Shown here: positions 27,501 through 35,120 of the stretch, piece after piece
Layout of the letters: every line of letters starts with the position of its first letter
How positions within the stretch are numbered: the stretch's first letter is position 1
Assembly (NCBI GenBank): GCA_951406725.2
Contig: OX597818.1
Location: forward strand, 41,602,001 to 41,666,000
Length of the DNA stretch: 64,000 nucleotides
From: Octopus vulgaris
Lineage: Eukaryota
Reading direction: 5' to 3'
The notes under the pieces: generated by a model
The model's input: the letters and a program-made list of their open reading frames with translations, nothing else
Databases searched by the model: none
What the model was told of the DNA's origin: nothing
Position numbers and translations under genes: made by a program

Positions 27501-30500
27501 CCAAAACCTTCAGCCCTATACAGAAATCAGCATGCCAGGCATTTGCTGATTTGTGTAAAAGATGACCAAGCTAAAATTAAATCAATAAATACTTGAAATA
27601 GCACTAGATAAAAATAACAATGTACATAACATGTATATTACAAATGTAGAACAGTGCTAGCTGTAATAATTTGTCTCAGAGCAATTTCACATTAAAAACA
27701 ATGTTAAAAAAACAGAGCTCATTCAAAATGTTGTCAGCAGATTGCCAGACACCAGAGTTTCAACTTGATTTGATCTCCTCAGTGATTAAAAAACTTGACA
27801 TTCTGAGATAAGTCAAAACCTTTGTTCTAGGCCAACTAACTTTTGCAAAAATCGGTTTGTTGATTTCTATATCAACAAAGATTTTTTATTTAATTCTATC
27901 CAGGAGTGTTGATTACTGGAGAGGCTAAATCATGTAAAAATACCAGTGTCCAATAATCTGTCAATATTCTGGGTAAGATCTGTAGTTTTAACACAAAATC
28001 TTTTAAAGATAACTATATACATATACATCTTTAAAAGATTTAATCAAATGTTTGTTTCATACACATATATTAACTTAAAATCTAGATAATTTGTAAAGTG
28101 TTCAACATTAATCTAGTTCACCTAGCTCTATATGATGAGGTTCAGCAATCTAAATTACCTGTGTAACTGCCAAGGTTGGTCTGTACTCAAAGATCTTCAT
28201 CAGCATAGAATAAGAAAGAAATCAACTCCCCTATTTGACTTTTCCTGTATACTACATTAATGCTAAACCAATATATATATGGCAACCAACCACCAAATAT
28301 TTTAAAATTTGAACACTTTAGATTCACTTTTTAGCAGCAACATTAACACAACCATTAATGCTACAGCAGACAAAAGAGCCAACAATTGCACTACAAGAAC
28401 TACCAACATCATTGAGACATCTGGCAGCTTCAAAAGCACAACTGCTAATTTTCCTAAGCAGTTTTAAAACTTAGTGTCACATTCCATTAAAGGAACCTGT
28501 TAGTACATCACAGAATGATTAAACAGTTAAGCAAAAATCTCCAACATGTTTAGTTGTGCTTAAAAATCTACTCATTACATGAAAAATTGACCAGAGCAAC
28601 ACTAGAACATTTTTACTTAACACAATACACCTCACTGAAGCATAAGTTCACTAAATAACCCTAATACTCATATGTTGAATGTGCTAAAAATCAGACTTTT
28701 ATTTGGATAATATAAGTCTTCTACCTCTATATTCTCTACGAGCAAATATTTATATTAACATTTAAAAATTTTTATTTATATAAGAAATATAAATAACATC
28801 CAAACATTCAAAAAACACTTATGAGTCACCACCCATTCCAAAGAATTTTAGTGATCAAGATAAAACTAGAAGTTTAGAAAGAATTAACATAGTGTGTATC
28901 AAAAATAAAATAGATATAAAAATTTAAAGCTTGAATCAACTTGCTAATGAGGGAGTCAACTCTATTAAAAATGTGCCATTGTCAAAGTTCTATGTAGTTT
29001 AACTACAATCTTCTCAACATATCAGCCTTGAGGCAGTCTACTTAACAAGAGTAAAAGAATTGGCTTGCACCAACCTTACAAAAGTTTGCATATTTTATCA
29101 AGCAAGAATCATAGTTCAAATATCAGTACAACATAAAGCTAAAAAATATTGATCAGTTCAAAGCTTTGCAATATGTAAAAATCAAACATTTGTAAACCAA
29201 AGCTAGTGAGTTAAAAAATAATGATTCTGTTGTACAATAAGTAACCAAGAGAAGCAGGTTTCAGATCTCATCAGCAGTTTACAAAATATTTTCGAAAAAC
29301 AAAACGGACAATGGCAGATTCTATACTAATAGATTTACATGACATTTTCTTATATAAAATCTTCTGGGTGTCTAATATATAACTCAATTTACAAAATTAG
29401 ATCATTCAATTAAAATATGCTTGGTTTCTTTTAGAGTGAAGAACCATTTTTTAATGTATTTACATTCTGAATCCAAATTTTAGATAAAATCTATCAGAAA
29501 TGTTAATATATGCACCATTCACCTTTTCAACCAACTCCTATATACCAAATATTACCTTTCTATAAGCACTGGACATCTCTAAAATGTTGTGCTATTTTGT
29601 TGGTGTGTTCTATGGACTGGTGAAAAGCAGTGCCCATGACCATTTGCAGGGCTTCTAAGATTGACAGCAGAAGTTCCAAAATTCATGAGAAAGCAATGCA
29701 ACTTGAGTGAACTTCAGACTAGGTTAACTGCTTGTAAGAAACCAACTAAAGGAGCAGATTGTGCTGTAGTTAAACTGGACAATAGATTAAGTCTACTGTC
29801 CAAAAATGTACAATCCACTCAGAAGGGCATCCACAATTTCTCTTTAAAAACTAGTTGTATGCACAAGGCTAACACCAAAAGTGTCATGCAGAGATTGATT
29901 TTAGAACCACTTGATTCAAATCAAATTTCTTAACTACAAAGTTAGAATGCTTGAAAGTTAAAAATCTAAATAAGAAAAATCTGCTTTTAAACAGAGGATT
30001 CAGAATCTGAAATTATTCAATACACATACATCTTGCATAAATCAATTTTTTCACATGTTCTATCTCTTTAACAATTCTCTAAATTTCTTTTTATGTATCA
30101 TTTTTATATGTCACAGAAATAAAGAATTGCATTGTCAATCCTTTCAGTATTAGCAACAAAACTTCCATGTTCTTTAAATTGTAAATAATTTTTAAAACAT
30201 ACAATTCAACAAGTATACATTCTCATTATTTTTAGTATCATAATGCAGGGATGCTCATTTTTACATAGACAGCAGTTTATCATATATAATCACTAACCCA
30301 AATTTATAAACCGTATGTTCACTCACATCAGTACAATGGTCAAAATTCCACAGAAGAAATTAACTTACTACAGGAGATGGAATTTTTTCAACTTGAATCA
30401 GACATGTCAGTACTTTAGTATTATTATCTTAAAATTCCTACCTAGAGTTTTCTCAACTATTATGCCTAAATACACAATTATAATAATAGCTTTAATTTAT

Positions 30501-31299
30501 TGATTTTTATAACAGCTCTAACTTATTGGTTTTTTTATAGCAGCTCTCATTTATTGGTATTTAATAATGTCATTTTGGACTCAAGTCACAATATATTAAA
30601 GAGCATATTATTTTAAAGATATAAAAAGTAGTCAACTATGGTGAAACTGAACCAGAAAGACAAAAGACCTTCTCTGATGCTCTATTTAGGCTAATATACC
30701 ACCAAGGCATATAGCCTAAAGGTTAGGGTGTTGCACACACCATCACTAGATAAATGGGTTTGATTCCAAGACCAGGAGTGCAATGTCTTCTTGAGCAAAA
30801 CACCTTGCTCTTAGGGTGGGTGAGTGACAGAATCATTGATATGTCAAAAGAGATGCATTATGGTATCTACATTCTGAGTTCAAATCCCATCTGCCTAGAG
30901 AAGGCAATGGGAAACCACTCCAGTATTCATCATACATCTAGTTATGGTAGCCATGGTTCCAGTAATCTACTTAACCGTGGCAGGGAAGAATACATGCTCT
31001 CCCAGGTCATATAGGGAGTACTGGAGAAGGTTCACATGCAAGGATTTGCCCAAGACTAGACTACCAATAGATAAACACACATACACACACACATACATAT
31101 TCAATTAAATCTTTATCTAAAACAAGAAAACTATAACTTTACCCTTCTTCACTTGTCGACTCGCCTGGCTGTTCAGCTTTCATTCTATGAAGTGCAGCCG
31201 CTGCTTCATCAAGTGCACAACTAACAGAAGAAGTCAGCTTTTTTAAAACATCAGGGTCAGTTAGAACTTTTCCATCAGAAGTGGACAGTTTCCCAATTC
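438..31299 (-). CDS. ANKHD1: Multiple ankyrin repeats single KH domain protein (Mask / ANKHD1 / ANKRD17 ortholog), partial, 23 coding exons, ~1282 codons in window; 5' and 3' ends not in this span
   Basis: Hand-spliced exons join in frame with GT-AG sites. The peptide contains Mask-family motifs such as SSVSCALDEAAAAL, THSNEFKESALTLACYKG, EHKTDEMHTALMEASMDGH, VNMPADSFESPLTLAACGGH, EHESEGGRTPLMKAARAGH, RTGSKLGISPLMLAAMNGH and PVPSSRDTALTIAADKGH. Confidence 0.97.
786..1000 (-). CDS. ANKHD1: Mask exon V (215 nt): ELNKKCRQCMDAIISAKDRQAAEANKNATILLEELDKE...AAAAKRRERKKKKKKEK, coiled coil and NLS-like basic tract
   Basis: ttgcag|GAA acceptor and AT|gtatgt donor; AKDRQAAEANKNA.ILLEELD motif. Confidence 0.95.
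1320..1640 (-). mobile_element. RTE-type LINE 3' tail / derived SINE, degenerate
   Basis: Begins catcatcatcatttaacg...ttccatg, matching the 3' end of the RTE copy at 62789; boundaries approximate. Confidence 0.65.
2009..2205 (-). CDS. ANKHD1: Mask exon U (197 nt): GGHLDVVQLLVGHRADIDSDDNRKVSCLVAAFRKGHIKVVKWMVKYVTQFPLDNELQRYISTVTDP
   Basis: tttcaag|GT acceptor and CCA|gtacgt donor; ORF 1997..2245. Confidence 0.95.
4387..4448 (-). CDS. ANKHD1: Mask exon T (62 nt): NAAVDVKNKKGNSPLWLACN
   Basis: ttctag|A acceptor and G|gtaagt donor; within ORF 4325..4534. Confidence 0.94.
5399..5574 (-). CDS. ANKHD1: Mask exon S (176 nt): TGLTPLMEAASGGYVEVGKVLLDKGADVNAAPVPSSRDTALTIAADKGHYRFVELLLSR
   Basis: ttatag|ACC acceptor and AG|gtaagt donor. 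Confidence 0.96.
5781..5888 (-). CDS. ANKHD1: Mask exon R (108 nt): IETNKNTALTLACFQGRHEVVSLLVDRKANIEHRAK
   Basis: ttttag|ATT acceptor and AAG|gtaaat donor. Confidence 0.95.
6535..6640 (-). CDS. ANKHD1: Mask exon Q (106 nt): TGSKLGISPLMLAAMNGHSAAVKLLLDMGSDINAQ
   Basis: tttcag|A acceptor and CAG|gtgaat donor. Confidence 0.95.
7612..7754 (-). CDS. ANKHD1: Mask exon P (143 nt): VVELLLSRVANKEHRNVSDYTPLSLAASGGYVNIIKLLLSNGAEINSR
   Basis: attcag|GTG acceptor and CG|gtaagc donor. Confidence 0.95.
8348..8493 (-). CDS. ANKHD1: Mask exon O (146 nt): GFTPLILAATAGHVEVVEILLDHNAEIEAQSERTKDTPLSLACSGGKFD
   Basis: ttttag|GT acceptor and GAT|gttagt donor. Confidence 0.94.
9195..9415 (+). mobile_element. tRNA-type SINE, family A, near full length, with perfect 16-bp TSD
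   Basis: B-box-like GAGTTCAAATTC and body GCCTTTCATCCTTTCGGGGTCGATAAA. TSD aaatatttggaaaatt at 9179-9194 and 9416-9431. Other copies at 51988 and 61154. Confidence 0.9.
10088..10403 (-). CDS. ANKHD1: Mask exon N (316 nt): VSQPNMPKVRW...IDLDAQTDSNHDTALTLACTAGYSDLVRLLLSKTADIEHRDKK, start of ankyrin cluster 2
   Basis: ttttag|GTT acceptor and G|gtcagt donor; ORF 10065..10388. Confidence 0.93.
11146..11621 (-). CDS. ANKHD1: Mask exon M (476 nt): polyQ/polyP low-complexity linker
   Basis: ttttag|AA acceptor (phase 1) and CAG|gtaaga donor (phase 0); ORF 11116..11643; bridges exons L and N in frame. Confidence 0.88.
11738..12259 (-). mobile_element. 5'-truncated CR1-clade LINE (ORF2 C-terminus, 3' UTR and (TTA)n tail)
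   Basis: Translates MVRPHLEFASSVWNPYLAQNIDLLESVQKRATKRIPSIRHLPYS*HLVSLGMDSLKLR...TRGHAYKVRKQ...RKHFFTLRVAEAWNKLPASVV. One in-frame stop at 12125-12127; tail at 11738-11763. Confidence 0.9.
13106..13202 (-). CDS. ANKHD1: Mask exon L (97 nt): HRVPVHGLGNIVPPNDPDSGAMNANGYVPSLP
   Basis: taatag|CAT acceptor and G|gtaatt donor; RVP..L..VPP.DPD motif recalled from vertebrate orthologs; phases fit both neighbours. Confidence 0.88.
13511..13654 (-). CDS. ANKHD1: Mask exon K (144 nt): DGSTMIIEAAKGGHTAVVSLLLEFPNRFMHSAPEYSQPTHQDVNLNTE, end of ankyrin cluster 1
   Basis: attcag|GAT acceptor and GAG|gtaagt donor; ORF 13448..13642. Confidence 0.95.
13963..14090 (-). CDS. ANKHD1: Mask exon J (128 nt): GANVNRQTSTNDHTVLSLACAGGHLEVVELLLNSGANLTHRLK
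   Basis: tttcaag|GG acceptor and AAG|gtgtgt donor. Confidence 0.95.
16484..16571 (-). CDS. ANKHD1: Mask exon I (88 nt): EHESEGGRTPLMKAARAGHQCTVQFLINK
   Basis: ttctag|GAA acceptor and G|gtaaac donor. Confidence 0.95.
16863..16972 (-). CDS. ANKHD1: Mask exon H (110 nt): DANVHAQTATGDTALTYACENGHTDVAEILLRANAKL
   Basis: ttccag|AT acceptor and CTG|gtaagg donor. Confidence 0.95.
17724..17942. mobile_element. TTAA-flanked MITE (piggyBac-like), ~211 bp
   Basis: TTAA-CTCCTTAGCATTCAGA ... TTTAAATGCTAATGG-TTAA imperfect terminal inverted repeats; a second copy lies at ~43765-43938. Confidence 0.75.
18150..18341 (-). CDS. ANKHD1: Mask exon G (192 nt): GADINAQTEETQETALTLACCGGFLEVADFLIKAGADIELGCSTPLMEAAQEGHLDLVSYLLSN
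   Basis: ttgcag|GT acceptor and G|gtaaga donor; hand translation. Confidence 0.96.
19230..19475 (-). mobile_element. RTE LINE 3' UTR fragment
   Basis: Close similarity to 62789-63050 (gatctggcaatgtttc..cagctggat, ggtgctttttatgtgccacc repeats). Confidence 0.8.
19837..20026 (-). CDS. ANKHD1: Mask exon F (190 nt): VNMPADSFESPLTLAACGGH...EMVALLLAH
   Basis: ttgtag|GTT acceptor and G|gtaagt donor; ORF 19811..20020. Confidence 0.96.
20626..20768 (-). CDS. ANKHD1: Mask exon E (143 nt): GHLEMVRFLLEAGADQEHKTDEMHTALMEASMDGHVEVAKLLLDSGAQ
   Basis: ttcacag|GA acceptor and CAG|gtaaac donor; ORF 20560..20757. Confidence 0.96.
22040..22400 (+). mobile_element. Ancient, highly decayed RTE ORF fragment
   Basis: Residual similarity to the 63660-63830 segment (gttgatag..., gccagagcaac..gggctgggaaacattt, aaaggcagattata). 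Confidence 0.45.
22833..23175 (+). mobile_element. tRNA-type SINE, family B, degenerate
   Basis: gtgtcttctactgtagc...gccttgtgaatgga matches the copy at 57906. Confidence 0.65.
23292..23525 (-). CDS. ANKHD1: Mask exon D (234 nt): GNTPLHYAACGG...ESALTLACYK
   Basis: ttttag|GT acceptor and G|gtatgt donor; ORF 23284..23541. Confidence 0.96.
24521..24550 (+). repeat. A30 homopolymer (U30 in the pre-mRNA just after the exon C donor)
   Basis: Seen directly. Confidence 0.9.
24555..24702 (-). CDS. ANKHD1: Mask exon C (148 nt): VLLVMKANVEDRGIKGDCTPLMEASSGGFVDIAKLLITHGADVNAQSSA
   Basis: ttatag|GTT acceptor and G|gtaatt donor; overlaps ORF 24466..24699. Confidence 0.95.
24972..25200 (+). mobile_element. 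SINE family B 3' portion with RTE-type tail
   Basis: aaactgaaagaagcc, ttccatgaaaaacatgtc and atggaaaagtggac are shared with 60169 and 59225. Confidence 0.65.
26026..26176 (-). CDS. ANKHD1: Mask exon B (151 nt): SRSLAEACSDGDVSAVRKMLQEGSSVHETTEEGESLLSLACSAGYYELAQ
   Basis: ttttgcag|C acceptor and CAG|gttagt donor; first ankyrin repeats. Confidence 0.95.
27322..27870 (+). repeat. Old tandem duplication, two ~240-bp units with period ~318 bp
   Basis: acaaatgtagaa.agtgctagctgt.ata.tttgt.tcaga starts at ~27323 and ~27640; collinear similarity continues through cagacac, acttgatttg and caaaacctt. Confidence 0.75.
31143..31299 (-). CDS. ANKHD1: Mask exon A (157 nt, phase 1-2): GIGKLSTSDGKVLTDPDVLKKLTSSVSCALDEAAAALHRMKAEQPGESTSEEG
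   Basis: ttatag|GA acceptor and GG|gtaaag donor; conserved Mask N-terminal motif; too short for the ORF track. Confidence 0.95.
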
Positions 31300-34200
31300 C
31301 TATAATATAGAATCAAAAGTTTATTTTTTTTAATTGAATTTTTGAAAAAATACACATAAATAAATATGATGATTTATGAAGAAGAGATGAAATTTTGTAA
31401 ATTAACCTGATGATTTGCAATACTCATTAAAAGAACAAGAAAATTAAAATGAAAAATACCAACCAGTCAGAAAGTTCATTATTTACTATTCTAAACCAGT
31501 GACTCTCATTAATAAAGAAAATGATAATAGAAACGGTGTGAGATTCTTAAGACTTTTAATCAATACTAGGTATAGAAAAAATTCTCAATAATACAGTTTT
31601 CATAGACCCCAGCAGAATCCAAACAAATAACATATAACAAATTATATAAAGTAAACAAAGGAGTTGAATATTAACTGAATACTGTTATATTTTAAAATAG
31701 CATTAATGCTTATAAATCTGGAATTCTGCAAAAGGAAAAAAAAATTACTCTAAGATGAAATTCCCTGAAAGTTGAAAGGAAAATCTTTGATCAATGATCT
31801 CCCCCCACCCAACTACCAAAAACAAAATAAAAAATTAGGCAGAAGTATTCTAAATACATAATTACCACCCATTAAAAAATTTGCTATAACTTTCATAAAA
31901 GTTTTTTTTTTTTTTTTTACAATTATCATTATCTTAAAATATTTGAAAATTTGTGGTTTAATATTTTTATATAAACTAGTAAAATATTCTTTAGAGCTTC
32001 CAAAAATGAGGAAAACAAAATTTCCTAAATTTAATGAAAAACCACTTCAAAATTAAACTGAAAACCATTTTTTCTTCAATGTATTTTACAAGCTTAATGG
32101 AATAACATTTCCAATACACACACATACTTGCTTTTATCAAACAGATGCCCTTTATTAGTATGCATAAAGTCTCCCCACAACAGTCACTGTAGGAAGACTA
32201 TATGAATACAAAATTAGGAAAAGTGACAGTTTGTGAAAATATGCTACAGAATACATTTTGGAAATACCTTTTATCAAGAAGTAGGCCACATGAGACAAGG
32301 CTCATAGGTGGGCCACTCTACTAAAAAGGAATTCAAGGTAATTTTTTCATTGATGTGACATTGAGAAAACCTGCAGTTTGCTCATAAGTGTTATTAGATC
32401 CTATGGTAAAGAACTAAGAAGTCATTGAAATGTTGATACAATTGAATTATTGTATGAAATTATACATTTAATTCAATATTACACCTTAGTCTAAATTCTC
32501 TAAACTGAACATGGCTATAGTTTCTTATACATATCCAAATGGTTCAAAATCAGTTTTAGACCATCAGCCACCTACTTTATAAAGAAGTTGAATGAATTTA
32601 CAGAGAATTTTTCAAGAAATAATAATGATGTCTATTAACCAGTAAGGGTTCACAAAAACACTGGGGAATAATGATAAAAAGTGTGTGTGTAAAATAGTAG
32701 GGAAATTTAGAGTAATAGAGTAAAGAAAAAAAAATTAGAGTCCTTGTTAATAGAATTACTTGCAAAATCTGCTTGAGTACTAACAAATGATTCAGGTTAT
32801 GAAAGAATAAGAGCTGGCACAAAATATACAGAATAAGCAAATTCAATGATAGTGTAAAGAGATTTTCAGATTTTTTTTTCTCTCCATAAATAAATTTAAT
32901 TCATCAATTAAATTTTAGATTTCAATGAATTTGATATTAGATATAAGTATCAATTTGAGACAGAAAAAGAAACAAGCTCATCTGATGGGATTTGAGTCAC
33001 TTTATCAAATGTTTGATATCATCAGAAGTTTATTTATAATTTGACTTGTTAATTTTCAATACAATCATCAACCATGGTAGGATACCTTCTTATGCTTGAC
33101 AATAGTAAAGCTTGTTCTAAGTAAGATTTGGAGAGAAAGATAATACAAAATAGCAAAAACAAATTATATTGAATTAGCAGATAGAATGGCAAGCATTCTA
33201 GTGTGAAGTAAGTAATGCAGTCAGTTACAAAGTGGTCTGGGTTTAAGTCACATTAATGGTCCTGTTACATTTTTACTGTCTCAAAACTAATTTTCAGAAT
33301 GTTTAACAGCAAAAAATTTCATTCCTTGTTCCATTTTCAGTAACCATATTTTCAATGTGGATAATGAAAATTAAAACTTTAACAGCTTTCAAATTTTCAA
33401 AGTAGTTCAAGTTAAATGGATTTTGTACATAACATTTTTTAGATTTTCTATCACAATTTATGAACTCCAGCATTGTTGGTTAGAGGTTTCCAATGGTTCA
33501 CTGCCTTTCTAACAGTGAGAGTAACAGGGAAGTGCCAATAACTTGGTGCAAAGACCTTGATTCTTGCAAAGAACTTTGTTTTAAGAGCATCAGTTTTACA
33601 ACAAAGTTTACCAGCCAAAGTTACATTTAATATATACAACGGGCTTCCACAGCTTCCACCTACCAAATTCCACTCACTAGATAGTGATCAAACCATAGCT
33701 ATGGTAGAAGAAATTTGCCTAAAGAACAGTGTAGAAAAAAAAATCATTAAAATATTGATATAATCGAATCATGGTATGAAATTAATTTATGTTTTGGACT
33801 AATTCTCAAAGTTGAATATGATTCAAGTGTACCACACTGGAACAAATTAGGTTAAATCTGATTTTTAGGAGTATAGTTCTGTTTCATGCAGCAAGAGGAT
33901 TGAATGTCCTTCCTCATATTGGTTATTTTAATATGAACACTAACGAAACTGTTTTGTTTCAGAATTTTTTAAAGAAAAGAATCCATATGACAGATATAAA
34001 ACAGAAGTTCATCAATGAAAGAACCAAGTAATAGATTTGTCGAGCCAAAACTGTCCAAATTCAAATTTTTAAATTGTATTTTTTTCTTCAATGTACTTAG
34101 GTAAGCAGGTTGGGGTGGGTGCACAAACACATACAAAAGCTAGTAAAGAATAAAAGAGATGCCCATATTTAGCTCAAATTAAAATAAAAAAAATTAAGTC

Positions 34201-34548
34201 AGATTATTAGTCATGGGGGAGAAAAAAAAACCTACTTAACTGAAACATAATCCAGTCATATTTTATTTATAATAGTCAAATCACCTCGTTTTCACTTTTC
34301 ACCCAAATATCTAATGAATAATGACAGAGAAAGCTAGCCAAAGCTGTTCTTATAACCAAGTAAAACAAAGTAGTGGCTGATATTTAAAGAAAAAATTAAA
34401 ATAAGGGTAAGTGCTAAAGGAAAAATGTTTTTTAGATTCTTCTGTAAGTTAAAATGGGATGAATAAGAAAACTATGCCCTTGACACTTCCACTATCTTTT
34501 TTCAAGGATTCACTGTCATTACAGACATACATGTGTGTGTGTGTGTGT

Positions 34549-35087
34549 ATCATCAGCAACATCCGTTTTCCATGCTGGAATGGGTTAGAGGTTTGACCAG
34601 AATTGGCAAGCTGGAGAGCTGTATGAGGTTCATCAGTGTTCATGTACAACAGAGTATAAGTGTCTTGAGAGAAAAATTGAGCATAAGATGGCATCAGATG
34701 TGGTGTGCAAGAGAGATGAATGCCCTGGTATGGTCATGTGATGCATTTGGATGAAGACAGTTGTGTAAAGTGATCTCTGTGGAGGGAACCTGTGGAAGAG
34801 GTAGACCCAGGAAGACACGGAATGAGATGGTGAAACATGGTATTCGAATGTTATCATTCAAAGGGATGACAAGTGATCATGAAGTGAAACTGTAGTTGTG
34901 GTTGAGACCAGTGCCACATACAAGGCACCCACCACATACTCAGAGTGGCTGGCATTAGGAAGGGTATCCCACCATAGAAACCAAGCCAAATTCAGACTGG
35001 AACCTGGTGCAGTTCTCTGGCTTACTAGTTCCAGTCAAGCCATCTAATCCATACCAGCATGGAAAGCAAATGTTAAATGATGATGAT
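34549..35087 (+). mobile_element. RTE LINE 3' fragment (+) preceded by an inverted RTE 3' tail
   Basis: 34631-34880 encodes degenerate ...WYGHV.HLDEDSCVK..VEGTCGRGRPRKT; (TGA)n tail at ~35078; 34549-34630 is the same tail inverted. Confidence 0.85.
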
Positions 35088-35096
35088 TAGGATGAT

Positions 35097-35120
35097 CACA
35101 CACACACACACACACACACA
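35097..35120 (+). repeat. (CA)n microsatellite
   Basis: Seen directly; other simple repeats at ~25245 (TG/TATG), ~40902 (CA), ~42118-42176 (TG/TA) and ~56069 (TA/CA). Confidence 0.9.

Noticed and set aside
29556-29933. ORF 29661..29933 (+) and a minus-strand AAG|gtaat donor near 29555
   Set aside because: No motif; candidate exons hit stops or do not fit the phase 2-2 context, and exons A and B already join correctly.
31407-31422. 16-nt phase 0-1 microexon (YCKSS) that would bridge the phase-0 first exons to exon A
   Set aside because: It needs a rare GAG acceptor and a weak GTTAAT donor; probably chance.
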